From a virus: a stretch of DNA of 64,000 nt. Of this stretch, positions 54,110 through 63,173 are shown one piece after another (within the stretch, counting starts at the first letter, position 1; the number at the start of each line of letters is the position of its first letter). The notes under the pieces were generated by a model. That model had not been told where the DNA came from. It did not search any database and saw nothing but the letters and a program-made list of their open reading frames with translations. The position numbers were made by a program, and so were the translations under genes. Location: IMG/VR virus record IMGVR_UViG_3300043251_000023, positions 9,544 to 73,543 of that record; one strand, written 5' to 3'.

Positions 54110-54703
54110 ATGGCGGACGATAAACCGGAGGACAACAGCATCAGAGAGTTGCGGGAAGCTGCCCGCGAACTCAAGGACGCCGTCGCTTTCGTTCGAACGC
54201 ATCGCCGGGATTGGGCACCACAGGAAGGTTCGATCACGTTGCCACCAGAGGCGACGGGCTGGAATTTCACGACGTTCGAGAAATACATCAACCAGCGGTT
54301 CGGCGATCTTTCGCTTCAACTTCGGGAACGGTATGAGGCGCAGCAGACCGGCGTCACCGCCGCGCTCGCCGCCGCCGAGAAGGCGGTCAACGCCGCGCTG
54401 ATCGCTGCTGAGAAAGCGGTGGATAAGGCCGAAGGCGCGCAGCAACTCCGCAATGAGGCGCAGAACGAATTTCGCAAATCGCTCTCAGATCTGTCCGGAC
54501 TGATGTGGACGATCAAGGAAGGCACCGCAACGGTCGACGCGCTTCGCCGCGAACTGACTATAACAATCGACGGGACGGCTAGGCGCATCAATGTGCTGGA
54601 GACGGCCAACGCCAACATCCAAGGTAAAATTTGGGGGGTAAGTGCCCTCTTTGCAATCGTGGCGCTGATGCTCGATTTGAGCGTTCGATATTTTGGGCGT
54701 TGA
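54110..54703 (+). CDS. coiled-coil protein with C-terminal TM anchor
   Basis: AALAAAEKAV repeats, NEFRKSLSD, hydrophobic tail. Confidence 0.75.
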   Translation: MADDKPEDNSIRELREAARELKDAVAFVRTHRRDWAPQEGSITLPPEATGWNFTTFEKYINQRFGDLSLQLRERYEAQQTGVTAALAAAEKAVNAALIAAEKAVDKAEGAQQLRNEAQNEFRKSLSDLSGLMWTIKEGTATVDALRRELTITIDGTARRINVLETANANIQGKIWGVSALFAIVALMLDLSVRYFGR

Positions 54704-54713
54704 AGATGCCGCC

Positions 54714-54899
54714 ATGTCCCCGCTCACATTCTGGCTGAACCCGCCGGAGACCTGCCCGAAGTGCAAACAGGCAACGGTGCGGCTTTCCTACATCGAGGCC
54801 GACAACGGAACCGCGACGCTGAATTATGCGTGCGACAAGTGCGGTGCGGTCAAGGTGAAGGTGATCTCGCTCAAACCACCCGAACGTCCTGTGAAATGA
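54714..54899 (+). CDS. small Zn-ribbon protein
   Basis: CPKC...CDKC. Confidence 0.6.
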   Translation: MSPLTFWLNPPETCPKCKQATVRLSYIEADNGTATLNYACDKCGAVKVKVISLKPPERPVK

Positions 54900-55019
54900 A
54901 TATGGCACGATACTTTCGGATCGGTACTTTCGAACTGGTGCGTAGAGACTTTCGTCGTGATACTGAGGTATCGGGAGAAAGCCATGCTATCCGGCGGCGG
55001 CAAGGGAGTGGAACTTATC

Positions 55020-55340
55020 ATGGAAGCGGTTCTCGCGGCGCTCGGCGCCGGAACCAACGACGTCCTCGCCGCGTTCCTTGGCAGCATCGTTGCTGCCTTT
55101 CTTTTGCCGAACCAGACACAGCGGACGGTGATCAGCACGGTTGTGGTCGGAACTATTGCCGGAATCTACTTCGGCCCGAACCTCCCGCCATTGATCGGCT
55201 TGAAGCCCTCGAATATGATCACGGCGATGATCGGCATGGCGGGCACCCCGCTTTGCGTCGCCGCCGTGAAGTGGATCACAGGAAAATTCTCGGGATTGGG
55301 AGATAAAAATGTTCCCGTCGATGTCCGCCGCGATTCTTAG
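55020..55340 (+). CDS. holin-like 3-TM protein
   Basis: AAFLGSIV, VVGTIAGIYFGP, MIGMAG. Confidence 0.7.
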   Translation: MEAVLAALGAGTNDVLAAFLGSIVAAFLLPNQTQRTVISTVVVGTIAGIYFGPNLPPLIGLKPSNMITAMIGMAGTPLCVAAVKWITGKFSGLGDKNVPVDVRRDS

Positions 55341-55668
55341 CTTCTGGTCGCTGATCAACTTCATCTCCGCATTTATGGTTCTCTACATGATGCAGACCGT
55401 GACCGGGCAAGCCGGCTTCCGGTCGAAGATGGAGTTGCTCTACCTCTTCCAGCGGGTCGTTTACGTCTTTCTCGTCTACGCGCTATTCGCCAACTCAGTG
55501 CATATCTACTTCAACGCGATGCTGCCGGCGCGGAGCGACGCGCTTGTCGAGTTCGCGTTCTTTCTGAGCTGCGTGATCAGCTTCATGCGCCATCGCCTCG
55601 CACCGACGCTTCCCGAATCGGACACGGCGAGGGCGTGGGCGCTTCCGGTATTGCGCTCGCACTATTGA
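55309..55668 (+). CDS. 3-TM membrane protein
   Basis: GGGAG SD; hydrophobic segments. Confidence 0.7.
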   Translation: MFPSMSAAILSFWSLINFISAFMVLYMMQTVTGQAGFRSKMELLYLFQRVVYVFLVYALFANSVHIYFNAMLPARSDALVEFAFFLSCVISFMRHRLAPTLPESDTARAWALPVLRSHY

Positions 55669-55772
55669 TGGCGAATCGGTCGGCGACCTGATAGGTCTCC
55701 GGACGGCGCCGGAGTTTGGTTTTCTCTTTGGCCGGCGCTGCCTCCGCCCGAGGCGATACCCCTCCCCAAACT

Positions 55773-55800
55773 AAAAACCCGGTCTCTGGCCGGGTTTTTT
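55773..55800. terminator. bidirectional intrinsic terminator
   Basis: AAAAACCCGG...CCGGGTTTTTT. Confidence 0.75.
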
Positions 55801-55821
55801 CCTGTCTGCTAGGCTGGCGCC

Positions 55822-56340
55822 ATGAAAGCCGCCCTCCTCGCCACCATGCTCGCCGTCTCGATCGCCAGTCCGGCCGAAGCCCGGAAGCGCGAACCCCCGA
55901 CCCTGGCCGAACGGCTGGCCGGCGCGGTGGAGGGCTTCGTCCGCAGGGCGGCGGCCGCGGCGGCTACCTCCGGGGCGGTTTTGGCGGACGCGAGCCAGCG
56001 GCCGCCTCTGGGCCGGCGTGAGGCCCTCTACGAGGACGGTCGGATTGTCCCGAATCCGGATGGATGCCCGAAGACCCTGTTCTGCGGTTGTGGAGTGTCG
56101 GTGAAGGTCTACGGGCGGCCGATCCCGGCGCTCTACTCCGCGTCGTCCTGGGGCCGGTTCCCGAAGGCGAGTTGCGGCAGCGGCCGGGTGGCGGTCTTTT
56201 CGGGCCACGTCGCCTACATCCTGGCCTGCAACGGCGACGGGACGGCGCTGGCCTACGATCCGAACAGTGGTGGCGGCCTAACTCGGGTCCACACGATCAG
56301 CCTGCCGAGCCTGATCGTCGAGCCGCCGGCGAGCCTTTAG
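55822..56340 (+). CDS. secreted CHAP/NlpC-like cysteine amidase-like protein
   Basis: Signal peptide ending SPAEA; FCGCGV ... GHVAYI ... DPNSG. Confidence 0.65.
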   Translation: MKAALLATMLAVSIASPAEARKREPPTLAERLAGAVEGFVRRAAAAAATSGAVLADASQRPPLGRREALYEDGRIVPNPDGCPKTLFCGCGVSVKVYGRPIPALYSASSWGRFPKASCGSGRVAVFSGHVAYILACNGDGTALAYDPNSGGGLTRVHTISLPSLIVEPPASL

Positions 56341-56343
56341 GAT

Positions 56344-56526
56344 TCACACTCCGCATTTCGGACAGCCGTGAACCCACTCGGTGCCGATCTTCTTACAACG
56401 CCATCCGTCTCTGCGCGCGAATGCCCAAGCCTTATCGAAAGTCACCGCTACCGCGTCGCTGACGGTCAATGTCTCGTCGCAACTGTCGCATTCAAAGACG
56501 ATATTGCCGCCCTGTCTGTCGATCAT
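56344..56526 (-). CDS. small Zn-binding protein (copy 2)
   Basis: MIDRQ...ECDSC...RDGW...HGCPKCGV. Confidence 0.75.
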   Translation of the reverse strand: MIDRQGGNIVFECDSCDETLTVSDAVAVTFDKAWAFARRDGWRCKKIGTEWVHGCPKCGV

Positions 56527-56660
56527 CGCTTCTTTGCCTTCCGTTTGACCGGCTTAACGCCCGTCGTCCTCGGCAGCGCCGGGACGGTCGCCTTCGCCGG
56601 CTTCTCCGCCTCGCGCATGGCGCGGAGGGCGGCTTCTCGCGGGCCGATTTGCTTGCTCAT
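56523..56660 (-). CDS. small basic protein
   Basis: ATGA overlaps at both ends; MSKQIGPREAALRAMRE. Confidence 0.65.
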   Translation of the reverse strand: MSKQIGPREAALRAMREAEKPAKATVPALPRTTGVKPVKRKAKKR

Positions 56661-56836
56661 GTTGGCACCCCACATTTCGGACAGCCATGTAGCCAGGTAT
56701 CGGCGATCTTTCTTGTTCGCCAGCCGTCGCGTTTCGCTGCGTCCCATACCTCTTTGAAGTCCGCACTATCGCCGTCGAAGACTTCGGGACAGCTATCGCA
56801 TTCGATCAGTACCTTGTCGTGCTGCCGATCAATCAT
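56657..56836 (-). CDS. small Zn-binding protein (copy 1; 59 aa, below ORF-track cutoff)
   Basis: MIDRQHDKVLIECDSC...KRDGW...HGCPKCGVPT*. Confidence 0.75.
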   Translation of the reverse strand: MIDRQHDKVLIECDSCPEVFDGDSADFKEVWDAAKRDGWRTRKIADTWLHGCPKCGVPT

Positions 56837-57273
56837 CGCATCTTCCTTTTCGTCGGCCAGCGACTAGCGGAACGAAGCGGGCGCGACGCCCATCGAGTCT
56901 TCGGCCGCTTTGCCTTGCGCTCCTTGCGCTTTCGTTTCCGCGCCAGCCCTAAGTCGGAATGCTGGCCGTGCAATCCTCGCACCCGCGTCTCGATGTCGTG
57001 GTCGTCTTCGCGCAGATAGACCAGATAATCCGGATCGTTCGCATCGGGAATGTATTTGCCGCTGCGTTTCCACAGTCGGTTTACCAGCGCCGGGCGATGA
57101 TGAAGCTCGACCTTCGCATCGCCGAACAACTCCTGCAGATCGACTTTGAGTCGCAAGCCGAACGGATGGTATTGCGCGAAGCGTGGCCTCTCTTTGCCAG
57201 CCTCGGCAAGTTGGCGTTCCGCCACGATGCAGCGAACCTCTAGGGGAATGTGCGGCCTCGGGAGACGCGGCAT
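56833..57273 (-). CDS. degenerate HNH-like protein
   Basis: VELHHRPAL...ANDPDYL...DHDIET; basic tail. Confidence 0.6.
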   Translation of the reverse strand: MPRLPRPHIPLEVRCIVAERQLAEAGKERPRFAQYHPFGLRLKVDLQELFGDAKVELHHRPALVNRLWKRSGKYIPDANDPDYLVYLREDDHDIETRVRGLHGQHSDLGLARKRKRKERKAKRPKTRWASRPLRSASRWPTKRKMR

Positions 57274-57275
57274 GG

Positions 57276-57656
57276 CTAGAACGGTATAGGGTCTTGAAGT
57301 TTATCCGCCTTAGCCTTGGCGGCAAGCAATGCGTCGAAAGGCTTTTGCTTGTTGCGGCCGGCTTTAGCAAACCTGCCGATGGCATCGCTCGCTTCGCCCA
57401 GAACGAGAAGACAAGCCTGTTCTCGATTTCTGGATTCGTGAACCTCCGTGCGGAGCTCCGCGATAGCACGCGCCGTCCGCTCTTCAATCTCGTGGCACGC
57501 TCGCTTGTACGAATCAGCAAGCATCCGCTGCCCTGCGAGGCTCGATGTCGCTTCTTCTCCAGCCAGCACCGCCCGCTCTAGCTGCAGTTCAGTGCGGCCC
57601 CGAAGAACCGCTTGAACGATCAGTTTCTCGATCAGTTCCGCTTCGTTGCTAGTCAT
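57276..57656 (-). CDS. hypothetical protein
   Basis: TCAACAGGGAG leader; ends DPIPF. Confidence 0.7.
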   Translation of the reverse strand: MTSNEAELIEKLIVQAVLRGRTELQLERAVLAGEEATSSLAGQRMLADSYKRACHEIEERTARAIAELRTEVHESRNREQACLLVLGEASDAIGRFAKAGRNKQKPFDALLAAKAKADKLQDPIPF

Positions 57657-57675
57657 AGTCGTTCTCCCTGTTGAA

Positions 57676-58005
57676 TCACACCTCTGCTACTTCCTTCTCA
57701 AACCGCTGCAAAGCCCGCTCGACGGTCGGCCACCAGCGGCCGCAGAGCGCCTCCGTGAGCGTCTGCATGTGCCCGACGTCGTAGAAGCCGAGCCGACTTT
57801 TGCCGCGCCGCGCGCGTTGGACTTGATCGGTCATCGCGGCCAACACTCGACCGGCTTCCTTTGGTGCGCCGGCACGAAGGTCGACGGCGATCGCCAGGAG
57901 CGCGTCATAGGTCTCCGCCTCCGGGGCTTGCGATCCTCTCGCCCACCGAAGATCACCCAACAACCGCTCGACGGCGGCGAGTTTCTGTCGCGTCGTGACC
58001 GTCAT
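57676..58005 (-). CDS. hypothetical protein
   Basis: Coupled ORF. Confidence 0.7.
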   Translation of the reverse strand: MTVTTRQKLAAVERLLGDLRWARGSQAPEAETYDALLAIAVDLRAGAPKEAGRVLAAMTDQVQRARRGKSRLGFYDVGHMQTLTEALCGRWWPTVERALQRFEKEVAEV

Positions 58006-58259
58006 GGCGTGAGCGCCTTGCGCAGGTTGTCGGCGGTCGCGCGATAGTTCTTCGCGTCGGCTTTGCAGGCCTCGGCCAATGATGGGAACTGGTCGCTAGT
58101 TTTGGCCTGCTGTTCCGACTGCTTCGCCAAGCCGTCCAGCCAAGTGATGACGCGCTGCAAGGCGGCGTGCAGCCGCACGTTTTCAGCCTTTAGTCGATGG
58201 GGAACGTCGGCATCCATGATGAGGCCGGCTAATTGCTTGGCTGTGGTCCGCTTGCTCAT
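58002..58259 (-). CDS. hypothetical protein
   Basis: Coupled ORF. Confidence 0.65.
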   Translation of the reverse strand: MSKRTTAKQLAGLIMDADVPHRLKAENVRLHAALQRVITWLDGLAKQSEQQAKTSDQFPSLAEACKADAKNYRATADNLRKALTP

Positions 58260-58483
58260 GGCGGCGTCACGCTCCCATCGTTCCGGTAGATCAGGCGCGG
58301 CGTCCGCTCGTCCGGGCATCCGGCCATCAGCATCGCGCCGCCGATCACTGGGCTCATCACTGCGGCCGTATTATTCGGTCGGCAATCGTCGCTCGGGGTT
58401 ATCCAGATCGTGAAGGCGACGAACGCTCCGGCCGCAAATCCGAACACAGCGACGCCAAACCATTCTTTGTGAGAATTAGGCAC
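58256..58483 (-). CDS. single-TM hypothetical protein
   Basis: GGAGG SD; hydrophobic N-terminus. Confidence 0.65.
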   Translation of the reverse strand: MPNSHKEWFGVAVFGFAAGAFVAFTIWITPSDDCRPNNTAAVMSPVIGGAMLMAGCPDERTPRLIYRNDGSVTPP

Positions 58484-59030
58484 TATTTCCTCCCTCTCGT
58501 TTCAGCGTTCCGCGCGGGACGCCGACCATGTGGTCCAGGAGTTCGAGGCAATCTTTCTTGCTCGCTTCGAACTCCGATTTGCCCATTGCTGCCGCACTCT
58601 GGGATTTTGCGTAGCGAACAAAAAGCGTCGCCTCTTTCCTCATGATTCTCGCGTATGGCTGGCGCTTCCTGATCTTTGGCATCGCCGCCTTCGCTTCGGC
58701 TTCGCTATCAAAAACGAACTCGTCTTCCTCGTACCAGCCAGTCTCCGTCAGAAGCCAGTAGCGCAGCGCGTCTTCGGTCGGCCAGCGCGCCGCGATTTTC
58801 TCCGGAAGATTCTGAAACCCCTCGTGGATGGCCGCGTGATAATGATTGTGGCTTGCGCGCGAGCGGGCCTCCAAAATGACCAGCGGATATTCTTCCGACA
58901 CTACAAATTGTCGCTTCGCGACGTTGGCGTATCGGGGCAAAGGCACCATTGCCAAAACGGTGGTAAAGTGTCCGCCATCAATGGGGACTTCCAATTCCTT
59001 CCAGACAAAAACCACCGGATAAAACGGCAT
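58476..59030 (-). CDS. NinB/DUF1367-like recombination protein
   Basis: RSRASHNHYHA ... KSQSAAAMGKSEF. Confidence 0.7.
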   Translation of the reverse strand: MPFYPVVFVWKELEVPIDGGHFTTVLAMVPLPRYANVAKRQFVVSEEYPLVILEARSRASHNHYHAAIHEGFQNLPEKIAARWPTEDALRYWLLTETGWYEEDEFVFDSEAEAKAAMPKIRKRQPYARIMRKEATLFVRYAKSQSAAAMGKSEFEASKKDCLELLDHMVGVPRGTLKREGGNSA

Positions 59031-59713
59031 TAGACCGACCCCATTTTTCTGATCTTGGCGACCAGCGCCCGGAGTTCGTAATCGAAAACCTCGACGGCGG
59101 CGGCGAGCCCAGCGATGTATGAATCGTCGCGCTCTATGCGGAAAGACAATTTCGGCATCCCGCGATAGCCGATGATGAGATCACACCATGCGCGGCCGGT
59201 TATCCACAGCGCGCCCTGACATTGCGCTCGGTGGCCTGGCGGGGGGCCGGCGGCGCGTTCCATAAGTTCGATCAGAAGATCGGGCCGGGTGGTCTTGATC
59301 TCGAGGACGCCGTCCTTGCCGATGAGGGCATCGGGGCTACAACCTGCAGCGAACGAACTGCCAAGCGGATTATGGATGGTGCGCTTTACGAACCCGACTT
59401 GCGCGATGTCGGCGAACCGCGTGCGGCCATACCAGTCGCGGAGTTCAGGCTCCATAAGATTGCCGCGCTCCATCGCCTCTGAACGAAATGTCTCCGCGAC
59501 CTCCTCGGTGATTATCTCGCCAGCCATGACGTTCATCAATTTGCGCCGGGTTTCACTCGGATTGCCGTCGCGACCATCGGCCATGATGGTTTTGAACCGC
59601 GACGCACTGGGAATGCCCCGCCGGATCTCATGCCATGCGGAACTGCCCTGCTCGATGTCGTCAAAGACCTCGACTTCGTCGGCCTTGGTCTTGATGGCGG
59701 TCGCCTTAGCCAC
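59030..59713 (-). CDS. YqaJ/lambda-exonuclease-family protein
   Basis: EQGSSAWHEIRRG..SAS, AMERGNLMEP, CSPDAL...LEIK, QCQGALW. Confidence 0.92.
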   Translation of the reverse strand: MAKATAIKTKADEVEVFDDIEQGSSAWHEIRRGIPSASRFKTIMADGRDGNPSETRRKLMNVMAGEIITEEVAETFRSEAMERGNLMEPELRDWYGRTRFADIAQVGFVKRTIHNPLGSSFAAGCSPDALIGKDGVLEIKTTRPDLLIELMERAAGPPPGHRAQCQGALWITGRAWCDLIIGYRGMPKLSFRIERDDSYIAGLAAAVEVFDYELRALVAKIRKMGSV

Positions 59714-60656
59714 GCTTCAACTCCTTCGCGCGGGCGCCGAAATCAGCGCACGCTTTTTTTGCTTCAAGGAAAAGCCGGGCCGGCAATTCGTGCACGGCAT
59801 CGATCTCATATTTTTGCAGGAACGTCGCCGGGCCGACTCCGCAGTCATTGATCGCGGCTAGGAGTTCCTTCGCTTGGGCGCCAGTGATCTTTGCGTTCGG
59901 ATCGGCCTCCGGTTCTGCCGTTTCAGCAGCGGCGCCCTTCTTCGGCTTCGGCCCATGCCCGTCTCGGTCGTCGTCGACTTCGGCATGGCTGATAATGTTG
60001 AGAAGCTGAATCACGCCATAGCGTTTCGCATAGGACAGCGACGACCCGATGCCCTGGACGTTGTTCTTGCTGCCGGAGTTTTCGAGCGGGACGGCGATGA
60101 TCGTCTGTTTGACATGGGTCGCCTTGCCATACTGCGTCTTGTGCACGCGCGAGAGAGTGCCCCGAACAATGACGCCGACGCCGCTCGGGTTTGGCTCCGA
60201 CACGACCATCAGCGCGAACTTGTACTTCTTCAGGATCGGCTTGATGACGCGCATGATCTCGTCGTACTTGGCGTAGGGCGTGCTTTGCCCGCGCGAGCCG
60301 ACCTTGGCCGCGATCTCGATTCGGCCGGTCGCGCTGATGCTCGGCAATTCTTCCTGCATGTCGATGTAGGCCTCAGTGAAGGCGACCTCCGCCTCCTCGG
60401 CCTTCATCTTGTCGACCATGTCGGACAGGGCCTTCATCTTCTCCGGGTTGCAGGCGGGATCGGACGCCGCCTGTGCGAAGGCGACGAGAAGGTTTGTCGG
60501 CCGGGGTTCAAACTTTGCCACGTTCGTTCCCGTCTCGGTTATCGGTACCTTCCTCGGCTTGGCAACCGCCTTCCCGGTAGCGGCCTGCTCCGCCGTCTGC
60601 GGCGCGGTGAAGAGTTCGGCGTCTTGGGCCTTCGGTTTCGTCGTCGTCTTAGCCAT
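59706..60656 (-). CDS. ERF-family single-strand annealing protein
   Basis: YAKYDEI...KPIL, QGIGSSLSYAKRY, DDDRDG. Confidence 0.9.
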   Translation of the reverse strand: MAKTTTKPKAQDAELFTAPQTAEQAATGKAVAKPRKVPITETGTNVAKFEPRPTNLLVAFAQAASDPACNPEKMKALSDMVDKMKAEEAEVAFTEAYIDMQEELPSISATGRIEIAAKVGSRGQSTPYAKYDEIMRVIKPILKKYKFALMVVSEPNPSGVGVIVRGTLSRVHKTQYGKATHVKQTIIAVPLENSGSKNNVQGIGSSLSYAKRYGVIQLLNIISHAEVDDDRDGHGPKPKKGAAAETAEPEADPNAKITGAQAKELLAAINDCGVGPATFLQKYEIDAVHELPARLFLEAKKACADFGARAKELKRG

Positions 60657-60960
60657 CGGGCTTCTCCTGTTTGTCGATATGTTCCGCCTTCGGGGAGTGA
60701 TAGCACTCGCAGATTCCGCACCACGGCATGTCGCCGTTGCGGTACGCGAGCATAGCGTCAGCCGCGCGGTAAACCTTTTCAGCCATCTCGCTATGGGTGA
60801 CATCGGAAGGCAAGCCAGCCGCGATGTAGCCTTGCATCGCGGCGGCAGCGAAATAGTCCCGGAGTGACATGCCCTGGATCGTCAGAAATTGGGTCTGCGA
60901 ACGATCAGGATTATCGATGATCATCGGAAAAGCAGAGCCGCCGTCTTTTGGCTTGTTCAT
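60649..60960 (-). CDS. conserved phage protein (GGxAFP...GMSLRDYFAA family)
   Basis: Motif recognised directly. Confidence 0.8.
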   Translation of the reverse strand: MNKPKDGGSAFPMIIDNPDRSQTQFLTIQGMSLRDYFAAAAMQGYIAAGLPSDVTHSEMAEKVYRAADAMLAYRNGDMPWCGICECYHSPKAEHIDKQEKPDG

Positions 60961-61181
60961 CGGACGCCCTCCGCCTTGAAAGGCTCCACGATCTCCCCGC
61001 CGCGGTTGCGGACGTTGTGATCCGCGCACATTTCGCACATGCGGATCGCCGGCTCGTTTCGCCCCTTCCAGCGGACAATGCTGACCGCTGGCCGATTGCA
61101 TGGCGCATAGAACGGAACGCCGAGCGCCGCCTCCTGGCAGCAGCCCGGCTTCGCGTCCGCTGGCGTTAGAGGCCAACTCAT
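60957..61181 (-). CDS. small Cys-rich protein
   Basis: Coupled ORF; CQE...C...CEMCADH. Confidence 0.65.
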   Translation of the reverse strand: MSWPLTPADAKPGCCQEAALGVPFYAPCNRPAVSIVRWKGRNEPAIRMCEMCADHNVRNRGGEIVEPFKAEGVR

Positions 61182-62029
61182 CGGATCACCGACTCGTCAC
61201 GCATCTCGACGACAGCGCCAGTCATTTGCTTCTTGAACGACGAGGTTTTGGCCCAAGCCTTCAGCGCGGCAAGGGCGTGATCTTCCTTGATGAAAGGCCA
61301 TAGGGCGACGGGATCAAGTGCCATCTTGTCAACGATCTCCGCGTAGCCGACCTGCCGCATGGTGACGAGGCGCCCTTCGTCGAATCTCGATCTCGCCATT
61401 TCCGAGGGCTTCGCCAAACTGTCGATTCGCTTCTCCTGCGCGTCCGCTATGGCGACCTGCGCGTCGGCCTGGGCGGCGGCGGCCGCGGTTTCCGCTTGTT
61501 CCGCCACCGCGCCTTTGGCCTCCTGTGTCTCTGGGAGCCTCGCCCGTTCGGCGGCGAGGCGCCGGTCCTCGGCTTCCCGTGCCAGCCGGGCGGCCTCGTC
61601 CGCTGCCTTCTGTGCCTCGCGGCGGGCCTGTTCCTCGGCGAGGCGGCGGCGTTCCCGCTCCTCGGCCAGTTTTCGGTTCTGGTAGGCGTCGACGCTGCGC
61701 TTCAGGACGGCGCGGCCCTTGGCGAGTCGCTCCTTGATCGAACCGAAGAACCCGTCGACCGCCTGCCCGCGCCGGAGAAAAGGTTCCTTCTCGGCGACCC
61801 GAGCCGCTTCGGCGCGCGCTTCGGTGTCGCGCATATCGACGATGACGTTTGAGAACCGCTCCAGCGTCGCCTCGTCGGTAACTTCCCCGTTAATCGCGCG
61901 CGCCTGTTCCAGCAGCGCAGAGGCATTGCGCGAAAGTTCGCCGTAGTCTTCGGCGAGGCGGCCGGCTTCTTGCTCGCTGATGTCCGGCGGCTGGTTGTCG
62001 CGCGGCTTCAGATCGGATGTCGAGGCCAT
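61178..62029 (-). CDS. coiled-coil recombination-associated protein
   Basis: DNQPP; EAARVAEKEPFL...VDGFF; long charged helix. Confidence 0.75.
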   Translation of the reverse strand: MASTSDLKPRDNQPPDISEQEAGRLAEDYGELSRNASALLEQARAINGEVTDEATLERFSNVIVDMRDTEARAEAARVAEKEPFLRRGQAVDGFFGSIKERLAKGRAVLKRSVDAYQNRKLAEERERRRLAEEQARREAQKAADEAARLAREAEDRRLAAERARLPETQEAKGAVAEQAETAAAAAQADAQVAIADAQEKRIDSLAKPSEMARSRFDEGRLVTMRQVGYAEIVDKMALDPVALWPFIKEDHALAALKAWAKTSSFKKQMTGAVVEMRDESVIR

Positions 62030-62460
62030 CAGTCTTCTCCTGAGAGTGGAGGCGCGGGAGGCGCCTCGGGGATTCCAGCCGGGGCTTCCGGCGGTTCTTG
62101 GCCGCCCGGTTTTTCGCCGGGCCACGGCAAGAGTTCATTGCAATGACAAATTATGAGTCCGCCATCGATGTCAGGTTCCGCCGCCTTCCGGTCCAGTTTC
62201 ATCACGACGTATTCGCCGTTGACGCAGACGGCGACGCCGAAGATGTTCTCATCCTCCGTGGAGATGATGCCTTCGCCGTCTTTCCACTTTCGCAGCGCGA
62301 TGCCGATGATGTTGGCGACCGGCAAGGAGAAGTCTCGGTAGCGGGCGCCAACGGGGAAAACGTGAACATTTTTGTCGTCAGCATCGACGTCGTATTTGAC
62401 CTCGACCTCGATCGTCAGCACATCGCCCTCGCGGGGCAGGTATCCTTCAGGAAGCGGCAT
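62029..62460 (-). CDS. hypothetical protein
   Basis: AGGAG SD; coupled. Confidence 0.7.
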   Translation of the reverse strand: MPLPEGYLPREGDVLTIEVEVKYDVDADDKNVHVFPVGARYRDFSLPVANIIGIALRKWKDGEGIISTEDENIFGVAVCVNGEYVVMKLDRKAAEPDIDGGLIICHCNELLPWPGEKPGGQEPPEAPAGIPEAPPAPPLSGED

Positions 62461-62701
62461 CGGGTTCTCCTTTGGCTAAAATGCGGCCAGCATCGGTGAT
62501 TCGAACGGCACGAGCAGAGCCGTTAAGCCCGCGCACCCATTCCAAAAGGTTGTGTCGGATTAGCATGGCGGTACGGATGCCATCGCTTCGCGGCGTCTCA
62601 TAAAGCCGCTTCAAATCGCCGACGCTGATCTCGCCATCTTGGCCGGCGGCAACCGCTGTCAGGACTTTGCGCTGGATTGGATGCAGGTCGTTCAGCCTCA
62701 T
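62447..62701 (-). CDS. wHTH-like protein
   Basis: ITDAGR wing motif. Confidence 0.65.
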   Translation of the reverse strand: MRLNDLHPIQRKVLTAVAAGQDGEISVGDLKRLYETPRSDGIRTAMLIRHNLLEWVRGLNGSARAVRITDAGRILAKGEPDAAS

Positions 62702-62904
62702 AGCACCGGCCCCTCATATCCGAGCCGCCGCAGCGTCGCAGCTTCCCAGTCCAGATCGTTAAGTTTCACGTGAAACACTGCCGCCGCTGCATCAGCAACG
62801 GCCGCAAATTCCTCCGGGCAGTCGTCCGGATCACGACCGCTCATCCAGCGGTCGAAAACTTGGATGACGACGTTCGATAGGCGGCTGATGTCAGGTTCGC
62901 TCAT
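62698..62904 (-). CDS. hypothetical protein
   Basis: Coupled ORF. Confidence 0.6.
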   Translation of the reverse strand: MSEPDISRLSNVVIQVFDRWMSGRDPDDCPEEFAAVADAAAAVFHVKLNDLDWEAATLRRLGYEGPVL

Positions 62905-63173
62905 GGCGCGGCCTCGAAAAGATGAAAGACAATCGCGCCGCCGCGCAAGATGAATGATCCGACGTATTTTGAATCGAGGTCGATCAAATGGCCGGTTCCG
63001 CGCAGATGGAATCGCCGGTCTTCGAGCCGAACCCGGTCGTCCGTTATGACGCGCGCCCAAAGGCATCCCTGTTCGTCTTGGGTTGCGACGAACAATAGTT
63101 CGGCGTCGCGCGGCATTCTCAGCACAAACTCGTCGGCGATGGGAATGGGGTACTTCCAGACGGCGGCGCTCAT
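62901..63173 (-). CDS. conserved phage protein (WKY...GTGH...VFHLFE family)
   Basis: Motif recognised directly. Confidence 0.8.
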   Translation of the reverse strand: MSAAVWKYPIPIADEFVLRMPRDAELLFVATQDEQGCLWARVITDDRVRLEDRRFHLRGTGHLIDLDSKYVGSFILRGGAIVFHLFEAAP

